Position numbers and translations under genes: made by a program
Part shown: piece after piece, positions 1 through 8,960 of the stretch
How the letters are laid out: each line of letters begins with the position of its first letter
Position numbering within the stretch: the stretch's first letter is position 1
Notes under the pieces: generated by a model
Databases searched by the model: none
Told to the model about the DNA's origin: nothing
The model's input: only the letters and a program-made list of their open reading frames with translations
NCBI RefSeq assembly: GCF_006345805.1
Contig: NW_021832663.1
Location: forward strand, 1 to 30,003
DNA: 30,003 nucleotides
From: Octopus sinensis
Taxonomy: Eukaryota
Direction of reading: 5' to 3'

Positions 1-1296
1 AAAAATTTTAATTACACGAGCGCAATAAAAAACCGTTTATTTTGGTGAGTGTGACATTTTTTACTTTTTTTAGAATTTTAACCCTCGATAAAATTACGAA
101 GCTTGATGTAATAACAAAAGGAAAGATTCTAAGCTTGAATGCGTTAAATTGGACCACTAAAAAAATATCTGACGAGCTTAATATCCCGCGATCAACTATC
201 GTTGACTTCATCCGAAAATTCATTAAATATGGTACGACTGAAAGAATGAAAGGTTCGGGGAGACCAAAAATTCTTAATAAGGACGATATCCTTATTTTAC
301 TCAACCTGGTTAAAGAGGACCCCCAAAAAAGCTGATTGCTTAAGGAATGATCTCCGTAAAATAACCGGAAAAACAGTCGGTAAAAGATCCATCGCAAATT
401 ATTTAAGAAGGGAGCAAATATATGCTCGTGTATGTAGAAAAAAACCATTATTGAGCAAAATAAATAGTGAAAAACGCTATAACATGGCAAAGCATTTCAT
501 TACTGTGCCAAACACTGAATGGATGAGGACATTTTCAGTGACGAATGCAGTTTCGAAGTTTTTAATATTAAAAAACGGCAATATTGTTATCGGAAAAACA
601 ATACAGGCCTTCAAAAAAGCAACCTTTCGCCTACTGTAAAATTTGGTGGGGGAAAGTTATGGTCTGGGGCTGTTTTTCCTATTACGGAATGGGCTCGCTT
701 GCTTTTATACACGGGAATATGAATTCCGCACTTTATATCAACACACTATGTAACCATTTATGGGAATCTGCAAAAAAATGGAGCTTAGTGACTTTATTTT
801 CCAACAAGACATGGCACCATGTGATACTTCCAAGATGACTATGCGATTTTTTCAAGAAAAGAAAGTAAACCTTTTACCATGGGCACCTCAATCACCGGAT
901 TAAATCCGATCGAACATATATGGGCTCATATGAAAAGGGAATTAAACACCTTTCATCCAAAAAATGTTTCGGAATTGAAAGAAAAATCGAAAATATTTGG
1001 AACGAAATACCGATTAGTTTTATAAAAAAAATAATCGAAAGCATGCCGAATAGAGCACAAAAGCTTTTTAAGGCAAAAGGGGACCATATTGAATACTAAC
1101 TAAAAATAAAACGGTTTTTTATTGCGTTTGATTTTTTGTTAGTTATAATTTGTTAAGTAAAAATAATTACAAGTTCAAATATAAAAATAAAACTAGTGTT
1201 AAAAAATGATAAATTATTCAATTCTTTAATAAAAACAATATAGTTGCATAGTAAATTTTTGATATTTCGAAAAAACGGTTTTTTTTGCACCTAGTG
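1..1296 (+). mobile_element. Tc1-family DNA transposon (DD34E type), decayed; left end lies outside the window
   Basis: Frameshifted transposase ~93-1099: HTH with IPRSTIVDF...GSGRPK, FSDECSFEVF, FQQDMAP, WAPQSPD, ending KGDHIEY* at 1097-1099. Inner repeat cgcaataaaaaaaccgtttatttt (~21-44) is inverted at ~1103-1126. The outer right end aaaaacggttttttttgcacctagtg stops at 1296 and is followed by TA. Confidence 0.9.
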
Positions 1297-1859
1297 TAGT
1301 CAATCTGTTCAAGGCTATAAACAAGCATGCAATCTCCCTTTATAACTATTACATTTGACTGGATGATTTTAAGACCTGAGAGTTTAAAAAATTGATAAAA
1401 ATATCCGTCGATCTTTATAGACAATCATATTCACTTGTAACCGGCTAACAATGACTTTTATTTCAAGAAATAAATTTGGAAGAGGCCCGAAGTCACTTAG
1501 ATATAAAGAGAAAAAAGTGCCCATTCATTTTTTAGTGACTTTGAAACATAAAGCAAATTTTGTCTAAATAGAGGAGAAATTTTGCGACTCACTGATTTAA
1601 TGAAGTGTGTCATCACCACCGAGGATTCAAAAAGTTCTGACCAATGTTTGTTAATATTAAATAATGCTTTACTCAGTAATTCAGTCTTTCCCGTATTAGT
1701 TGAATGTTTAAATTTAATAATAAAAAATATTTTTTATGAGAAAATGTTTCATAGCAATGATATTTTCTCAAAAAATTAGAATTGTTTCAATCTTATATTA
1801 AGAATCAGTTACGATCCATATAAATTTACAGAATTGGTTTGAACTATTCAAGAACGATT

Positions 1860-2128
1860 GTTTTTGTAGCACAATTTTAAAAGATCCGTGAGAATGGCTT
1901 TGCTATTCTCGTGCCTGCCCAAGTGTCTTGTGAAGGCATTAACTAATTAAAAATATTCGGTCTGTTAGATATTATATTAAAAGTAACCTTTCTTCACGAA
2001 AAGCTCGAAAATGGCCGATAATGCGAACTTTACTCCTCGTTTCGATAAAATAGTAGACGGCAAGCAAAATCAAGTCACATTAATTTTCTTATTTCGTAAT
2101 AAAACCTTTCTTTTAATTAAATAAAATA
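1860..2128 (+). mobile_element. Buster-type hAT transposase C-terminal relic (left part of a hAT split by the LINE)
   Basis: 2035-2083 reads PRFDKIVDGKQNQ/SH* with one frameshift, matching the Buster/ZBED5/FAM200 C-terminus (PRFDKL...KQ..SH*). An ILVP....CE motif lies near 1905-1935. Confidence 0.55.
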
Positions 2129-5100
2129 CATCACATCACAATCAGCCGAAACTACCTCACACGCCTCTGGCCTTAACAAAAAAGGGCAAACAAAATCTTT
2201 CAGAGAACAAGCAAATACTCTCATGAATCACTATGCGAAGATCAGTCACATGAAGATGGATAAAGACAACCGTTGCCGAAAATTTAAACTCGACAAAAAC
2301 TTCCCCTCTCCAGAAATCACAATATCGATTTCTGAAATAAGCCAACTCATCAAAAACGCTAAGAATTCTCACGCTTGTGGACCCGACGGTTTTTGCATAT
2401 ACCATCTGAAAAATCTTGGCCAAAATGGGTTGATTGCACTATCGGATATATTCAAAACATCGCTAAACTCAGGTCTAATACCTATGGTCTAGAAAAAATT
2501 TATTATAATTCCGATTTTGAAGCCCAATAAGGACCCCTGCGACCCCGCCTCGTTCAGGCCAATCTCACTTATCTCTGTCATATTAAAAATCCTAGAAAAA
2601 TTTGTCCTGAAATCAATTTACCCTTTCCTCACTTTCTCAAAGTCACAACATGGTTTCCGACCACAGCACTCAACAACAACACATCTATATACCCTAACGA
2701 GATTCATTGCAGACGGATTCAACAACTACTCTCCTCCCCAACGAACAATTCTGGCATCGATTGATATCAGCAAAGCGTTTGACCGGACTTCGCGTCATGT
2801 CCTAAGCTCAAAAATCTGCTCTTCTCCTATCCCTCATCGTCTGAAAATATGGCTATGTAGTTTCTTACCTGGTAGACTGGCTCAGACCAAATTCGGGTCA
2901 AAAAATTCCCGGTTTCGCTACTTACCTAATGGAGTACCTCAAGGCTCCTGTCTTTCTCCAGCCCTTTTCAACCTACACCTCAGTGATATGCCAACAAGCT
3001 CAGAAACACTACTCCTCTCTTACGCTGACGATCTTGCGTTCGCTTCCCGACACAAGATCATTAACACAGCGACTAGCTCACTTCAAACTCAACTTGACTC
3101 CCTAACCAAATGGCTAACATCTAACCATATGACTCCTTCAGCATCCAAATCATCTGTCAGGTTTTTACCTCTGATAACGACAATTCAACTTAAACCCACC
3201 CTCTATGTGGCCGGTGAAAGAATTCCTGTTGTAAAAAACCCAAAAATCCTTGGTATCGTATTCGATCAACGCCTTTCTTTTACACAACATGTAAAGTTCA
3301 TTTCCACCAAAGTCAAACGCAGGCTGAACGCATTATGTGCCTTATCAGGACAATCTTATGGCCAAGCCAAAGAATGCCTCGCTCTGGTCCACAGACAATT
3401 TGTCAGAACATCAATGAACTATGGTAGTCCGGCTTGGTCATGAAACCTCTCTCCATCAAATCTCCAAAAACTACAAAGAATCCAAAACTCAGGCCTCCGT
3501 ACAATAACTGGCTGCCTAGCCTCCACTTCCATCGATCATCTTCATTGGGAATCTTGTATCCTTCCGTTCGAAGACCATTGGAGATGAGAGGACTTCAATT
3601 CCTCTACGAAATACAGAATATCTCATCCATGCCACAAAATCTCTATCTCAAAACAAAAACATATTATCACTACAGTGGGCGCAAAAAAAATCCGGTTTTC
3701 TAATTTCTCTATTTTTTTATATTGTGCGATATAATATTTTTTTTTAATCTTAAATTTTAGTGAAAAGTAACTCTTATTTTTTTATTTTGATTATTTTCAT
3801 TATTTTTTTCAAGAGATATTTCCAATTAAATTTACAATGCGCAAAAAAAACCCGGTTTTTTAAAAAAATGTCAAATTAATATTTAATATGCCGTCCTTTA
3901 GCCATAAAAACATCGTACACCCTTCTCGGCATGCTGTTTATGAGTTTCTGTATTAGATCTTTCGGCATATTTTCCCAAATTTCGATAATTTTATCTTTCA
4001 GCTCATGCATATTTTTTGAGGATTTTCGTACAATTTACTTTTAATATATGCCCAAAGATGTTCTATTGGATTTAAATCTGGCGATTGCGGTGCCCAATCC
4101 AATAGTTTGACGCTTCTTTCGGCAAAGAAATCTTTCGTGATCTTTGATGTGTGTGGAGGAGCCATGTCTTGTTGGAATATGAATTCATTCAAGCACATTT
4201 TCGCAGCGGACTCCCACAGATTATTTGATAATGTTCACATAAGTTGCTGAGTTCATAGTTCCATTTATAAATACTAGATTGCCTACTCCATAATACCCGA
4301 AACATCCCCACACCATTATTTTTCCCCCTCCAAATTTAACAGTTGGAGATAAGTGCGATTTTTCTAGACGTGTGTTGTTTTTCCTATAACAAAATTCCTT
4401 TTTTTTGTGATTAAAAATTTCGAAACAGCATTCATCACTAAAAATAGTTGATTTCCATGACGTCATATTCAGTGCGATAAATTTTTTTGACAAGGAATAT
4501 CGTTTTTCGATATTAATTTTAGACAGATACGGTTTTTTTTGACACACACGTGAATATATTTCCTTTTGTTTCAGATAATTCCCAATTGTTCGTTTTGAGA
4601 CGATTTTTCCTGTCAAAGAATGAAGATCCTTTGACAGGCAACGGGAAGATTTTTTCGGATTGTCAGAAACAAGCGTCAATAAAGTATTTATATCATCATT
4701 ATTTAATGTCCTAGGTCTTCCAGAACCGGACAGTCTCTGTGTTGTTCCATATTTTTTTTATTTACGTATGTAATCTCCCACTGTTGATCTGGGAATTTCT
4801 ACTTCTTCTGAAATTTGTTTATATGTCCAATTAAGGAAATAAAGTTGAATAATTTGTCCTTTCACAATTTCTGAAATACACGACATCCAACAACAACAAA
4901 AATGACAACAATTTCAAATTTTGAGAATAAAAGACTCAATAATTAAAAAACCGAGTTTTTTTTGCGCATTTTAAAATTAAATTCAAGATATCTCTATGAA
5001 AAATAAAAAAATACTTAAAATTAAAAACATACTCGATTTACATTTCAAAATGATACTAAATTAAAAAAAAATAATATAAAATTTATATTGAAAAATTCGA

Positions 5101-5545
5101 AAAATAAGAAAACCGGATTTTTTTTGCGCCCACTGTACTCTAGCCGATCAATGCAGACCTCTCTCAAAAATACTCTTAACGAACAATGGGAAAACTGGGA
5201 AGAAATTAATTCACGATTACTTCTCAACTCGTGCTATCAGGATTCTTAAAAATAACAAACTCCTCGATTCTCCTCCGCCACCAGTCCATCCTTCAGAGCA
5301 ATCACTCGACAGGTACTTCCGTGTCCAGCTTGCACGACTTTGCTCTGGACATCATCCACTCTTTTTCGAAACACTCCGCACCCTCGCCCCTGAAGACCTT
5401 TTTTCCTGTCCTGGGCCGCCTCACCAGTCGCCACCTATTGGGATTCGGGATCTCTGGGAGCGCCCGATCGCCGCTGTCCGCTACCTGATTGCAGCCGGCT
5501 TCCTACATGCTAGAGAAGCCGGGGTAACTAACTAACTAACTAAAA
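2129..5545 (+). mobile_element. 5'-truncated non-LTR retrotransposon (jockey/I-group-like RT), interrupted by a Tc1 at 3673-5135
   Basis: ORF 2223-2492 (ACGPDGF) and ORF 2517-3443 contain FRPISL, QHGFRPQHST, DISKAFD, GVPQGSCLSPALFN and YADD. The C-terminal region resumes after 5137 (NKLLDSPPPPVHPSEQSL...QLARLCSGHHP...DLWERP). The 3' tail is (TAAC)4TAA at 5525-5543. Candidate TSD is aaaata (2123-2128 / 5546-5551). Confidence 0.9.
3673..5135 (-). mobile_element. Full-length Tc1 transposon (DD34E) with IR-DR type long imperfect TIRs; transposase pseudogenised
   Basis: TA|cagtgggcgcaaaaaaaatccggttttc at 3671-3700 and its inverse ending ...gcgcccactg|TA at 5135-5137. Inner direct repeats are at ~3839-3862 and ~4947-4967. 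The transposase runs 4886->3876 with a stop and frameshifts; motifs are FSDECCFEIF and FQQDMAPPH, with 34 residues from D to the E of SPDLNPIE. Confidence 0.95.
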
Positions 5546-5621
5546 AAAATATTTCTGTGCAGCACGCGGATAGTCTTAATCATCGATTTGGCCCTTGTGC
5601 TCCAATGGTTGAGAAGCCCTG
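5546..5621 (+). mobile_element. hAT (Buster/Charlie-like) right terminus remnant
   Basis: Ends ccaatggttgagaagccctg (reverse complement cagggcttctcaaccattgg, a typical hAT TIR). It is followed by atttaact, an 8-mer with central TA as expected for a Buster TSD. Confidence 0.65.
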
Positions 5622-5712
5622 ATTTAACTCTCGATTAGATGAGCCTAAAGAAATAAAAAAAATGAGTTAAGATCAAGTCATTAATAATAATTTAAACAAA
5701 ATTTGCGCAGCC

Positions 5713-6440
5713 TTATGCAGCAGGAGCTGCTTGTGGAGCTAACTTTTTGTTTTTTTCTTCTGATAGCAGTACGAGATCTTTCTTAATATGCATCGTTTCT
5801 TTCAGCTATAAATTATTTTGTCCCTACTTTTCTTCTGAGTCTGCATCAAACTCTTCTTTTTTGATTTTTATAAAAAAATTTTGGTAATTTTTATTGTTTT
5901 GAACATGCAGGTTGGAGTTTCTTTTAGGGTGTTCATATAGGGTTCGGAAGTTATGAGCTTTTCTTGCAGATTTTTTTGTAGTAGCGTATCATCTTACCAC
6001 AATGGAAGGGGTGGATATCGAAAGATTATCCTCGAAATTCGGTGAAATCTCATCGTTTTTTAGTGAAAATTTTGCACGAGACTCTCCGATATCTGCTTCT
6101 GTAAGGCCTCCTTGAACTGCTATATCGACTTTAGTTCCGGTTACTGTCGATCACAAAATTACATAGGCATTGAATATTTCCATTGCTCCCTTTAATTGAA
6201 ACGGCAATTGATAAAAAGACCTGTGACTGCGACAGCTTGGGGGAAAATCCATCCAGCATTGACTCTAAAATCGAAAACGAGGTCTTTTAACCAGGGTTCT
6301 TCTTTCATCTCTTCAACTACTTGCTTAAAGTCCGCTTCAGAAGAGTAAGTGGGGTCTTGATAGAATAAAAAGAGACTGATGTGACCAATCACGCCATCAT
6401 CATAAGGAACGGTTTCTGATTCAAAACTTGTTTTTTTTTA
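5713..6440 (-). pseudogene. tsp: Chlamydial-type tail-specific protease (Tsp/Prc, peptidase S41) pseudogene, C-terminal half with internal deletion
   Basis: Minus-strand translation across frameshifts: FESETVPYDDGVIGHISLFLFYQDPTYSSEADFKQVVEEMKEEPWLKDLVFDFRVNAGWIFPQAVAVTGLFI / IAVSIKGSNGNIQCL / GTKVDIAVQGGLTEADIGESRAKFSLKNDEISPNFEDNLS / QKNLQEKL...EPYMNTLK / VQNNKNYQNFFIKIKKEEFDADSEEK*GQNNL*LKETMHIKKDLVLL...APAA* (stop 5713-5715). These blocks follow chlamydial Tsp (EPYGDGVIGKITLHSFY; DLRENxGG...QAVxVTGLF; NKNYQNFLK; GQNDLQL). Confidence 0.85.
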
Positions 6441-6764
6441 AAAAAATTTTTCACAAATAATTTCTTTTAAGTTGTCTTTTAGAATGTTATGTTCACAAGC
6501 CGCGTGGAACTTGTTAAATCTATGATATAAGTATCTGGGAGTACTTGAGAGTTCAGCTAGAAAAATCAAAAAATCCGACATTCTGAAAATAATTCTTGAA
6601 AATAGATCGATTTCAAATTCAATTTTTTGTAATAATTAGATATCTAAAAGGCTTAGAATATAAAAACATGCCAATTCCAGCGTCTATTAACCTGTAATAA
6701 TCAAAATTAGTTGTGAGTACACTTTTATACATGGTTTTTTTTGAATTGAGGATGATATAATTTG

Positions 6765-6950
6765 ATGGATATTGAAAATACAAAGGTTACTTCTGCATTT
6801 ACGCATGAGCCTCCAAAAAAATTGTTTCGATCACTCAAGCAGCTTTTATAAACGGTGTCACACGGAAAGCGATTTATGTTGCGATTAAGAAAAAGAAGCT
6901 GAGACTACAATAAGATGCGACTCATTTGACAGTCAAATTAGATGATCTAG
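6765..6950 (+). pseudogene. euo: Chlamydial EUO (early upstream ORF) DNA-binding repressor pseudogene, N-terminal HTH only
   Basis: ATG 6765 gives MDIENTKVTSAFTHEPPKK. After a 1-nt frameshift in the A7 run (6815-6821) it reads IVSITQAAFINGVTRKAIYVAIKKKKLRLQ*DATHLTVKLDDL. C. trachomatis EUO has RVSITQAAKLHNVTRQAIYVAIKQKKLKASK-TTRWEIDLQDL. A GAGGA SD-like motif is at 6748-6752. Confidence 0.92.
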
Positions 6951-6952
6951 GT

Positions 6953-7300
6953 GCATCAGTGATCATTGTTAGAGATGATGTCGCTCTGTTAGGTACATAA
7001 TAAAGCGTGTGCCTACCAATCATTTTTAGGAATTCAATCAAAAAATAAGTCCCTGTAATGCCATCGACATCATTGTCACCGTATATGACGATCGTTTCTT
7101 TTCGCTCAATGGCTTGCATCATCCGATAGACTGCAATATCCATATCTAGAAATTGATCTGCCACCACTAAATTTGGTATTTTTGCATAAATGTATTTGCA
7201 GATCACTTCGAAAGACTGAGATCCTCTAGAAACAGAAACCTGAGCCTTTACCGGATGGATATTGAATTTTTTTAATAGAATCACACCATTCCGGTGAATA
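6953..7300 (-). pseudogene. recJ: RecJ ssDNA exonuclease pseudogene, N-terminal ~115 codons, chlamydial type
   Basis: KKFNIHPVKAQVSVSRGSQSFEVICKYIYAKIPNL...FLDMDIAVYRMMQAIERKETIVIYGDNDVDGITGTYFLIEFLKMIG...YYVPNR contains RecJ/DHH motif I (YGDxDxDG). The IHPxxAQxxxSRG N-terminus is typical of chlamydial RecJ. It is truncated before the DHH motif. Confidence 0.9.
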
Positions 7301-7334
7301 GATAGAATAGACTCAAAGAGGAATAGACTCAAGG

Positions 7335-7460
7335 AGTTCGTCCACATGAGCTCAATGTCTTCATGAATGCGATCAATAGTCGAATATCATTCAAAGAATA
7401 ACATTGATCGTCATCCATCTGCCAATAAATGAGTATGGAAGCTGAAACTGTTATGTTTTA
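7335..7460 (-). pseudogene. secF: SecF portion of secDF, short frameshifted fragment
   Basis: Across frameshifts it reads IGRWMTI..YSLNDI..DRIHEDIELM, matching the SecF TM4-5 motif IGALMTxxGYSLNDTIIxFDRIRED. It lies immediately upstream of recJ on the same strand, as secDF does in Chlamydiae. Confidence 0.7.
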
Positions 7461-7478
7461 GAAAGTAACAGAATAAAA

Positions 7479-7595
7479 ATGAATAATTCAAGAATTCTGT
7501 GTTTAAATAAGAACTACATATGGACAACTCAAGTCATTCCGAATTTTAATATTGAATATTTACCACCATACTCTCCTGTCATGAATCCCATAGAG
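7479..7595 (+). mobile_element. IS630/Tc1-superfamily DDE transposase fragment
   Basis: MNNSRI...IEYLPPYSPVMNPIE resembles MDNARIH...LPPYSPxLNPIE. It is cut off by the hAT end at 7596. Confidence 0.65.
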
Positions 7596-7810
7596 CAGTG
7601 TTTCTTAACCGTGTGGTCCTCAGAAATATGTTTAGGTCAATTAATTTTTATCAATATGGATTTACCAAATATGCTGGATCTGAAAACGTCTTTAAAGCGC
7701 AATGCATGATATGCGACGTCATAATGGGAAACAACTCGTTGAAGCTGTCACAATTAAAAAGACATAAGGAAACAAATCACCCACAAAATGCTGACACTGT
7801 CGAAAGGTAA
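7596..7810 (+). mobile_element. Buster-type hAT left terminus plus N-terminal BED-like transposase fragment
   Basis: TIR cagtgtttcttaacc starts at 7596, preceded by 8-mer ccaTAgag. The coding relic YQYGFT...KAQCMICDVIMGNNSLKLSQLKRHKETNHP matches the ZBED5/FAM200-type N-terminus. The right end was not found. Confidence 0.8.
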
Positions 7811-8239
7811 AAAATAAGATTGGTGACAATGAACCTGAAAAATGGTTTTCTCCAAGAACAGTTGATTAAATTACGAAATAATGTAAAGTTTACAGCTTTA
7901 CGGTTACCAACTATCCCATTTTCAGTTCAATTACACGCCTATTTTCCAACTTTTCGGCTGTATATTCTTTCTCCAAAATAATTGTTTACAGAGATTAAAA
8001 ATATATCTTTATATTATAGGGGTTTCCAGTTTTAATTATTTTAATGAAAATTTTTCAAATGAATGAACTTTAATTTTTTAAATTAAGCTGTGGTATTTAA
8101 TTAAAAAATTACACTACAAAATACAATCTTCTGGATTGAGAACTAAAGATACTTTACGGGACACCGATGTTAGACTATTACCCTGTTTCTCACTTTTTTT
8201 CTTTGATATGTGTGTAACTGCACATTTTCTGATTTTAAG

Positions 8240-8960
8240 ACAGACCTTTCCTTGTACACCAGACTTTTTCAAATTTCTTCGTGGACTTGAAAAAGACAGT
8301 CATCACATGATCGTCCTGACCGAAAACTCCATTGTTGATCACAATAAAATTTGATGCTCTAACATGGACAGATAATTTTCTTAATACGATTTTCTCCATT
8401 ATTTTTGACAGTGAGCAAATAAAACTTATAGGTCTGTAGTTGACAACCCGATCTTTGCTTTTCGCCGATTTTTATTTTGTCGGAGGTCGATGATAAATAA
8501 CCCAAAAACCAATTCATAGTGACCTCATTATAATTATTTGACAAATATTTCAAGAAGTCTTCCAGTCGCATTCTTATGTATTAAAAAATATATCCATGCA
8601 TACTATACTTTTTGGATCGACCTCTTTGACCGTTTCTAACAGTTCCCGAAATAGAGAATGGAGATCTATTTGCCATTAGCTGGCCATTCTTATTTTTTAA
8701 AGCAATCTCCTCTCCTTTGGAAGCCTCGCCCTTTAAACCATTTAGGCCTCCAAAAAATTTCGATTATTTTCATTCAGTATCAGACATTCGCTCCTCCTAA
8801 ATTTATTCTCCCCTTCTTTAGTTTTTGTAATAATCTCTTGAATATTATAAATTCTGATCCTGAATTCTTGACGATCAAAGTCATTGACACATCTTCATAA
8901 TCATTGTTTTTCTTTCTTCAAATTGCAAATTTTTTTATTTTAAGCATTTCTGTTATTTTG
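8240..8960 (-). mobile_element. Highly decayed LINE, pre-RT and RT domain 1-2 relic
   Basis: Minus strand reads VNYRPISFICSLSKIMEKIVLRKLSVHV, then in a shifted frame QQ.FRSGRSCDDCLFQVHEEI (NYRPIS and QxGFRxGRSC motifs). Stop-ridden K-rich linker lies upstream. A possible APE endonuclease remnant extends to ~9760 but is weak. Confidence 0.6.

Noticed and set aside
8-490. Antisense ORFs overlapping real features (e.g. 8-490, 11857-12222, 17006-17320, 19290-19589, 29027-29359)
   Set aside because: They are shadow frames of transposases or host genes with no independent evidence.
1300-1850. Short ORFs 1218-1424 and 1582-1779
   Set aside because: No recognisable domain. Possibly further decayed hAT transposase (a weak C-V-I-H-R-E-like trace near 1605), but not supportable.
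6470-6580. Resemblance of PRYLYHRFNKFH to the chlamydial PlsB N-terminus (PEPLYQKFSVFH)
   Set aside because: Too short, and plsB is not part of the tsp-euo-recJ-secDF locus; a decayed Tsp N-terminus or chance is more likely.
5713-7460. Intact bacterial contaminant contig
   Set aside because: Every gene has stops, frameshifts and large deletions, and the block is continuous with eukaryotic TEs. A chimeric assembly still needs exclusion by reads.
8600-8900. Alternative genetic code (TGA=Trp) suggested by TGA-interrupted frames
   Set aside because: TAA and TAG interrupt the same frames, and host genes use TGA as stop; this is ordinary TE decay.
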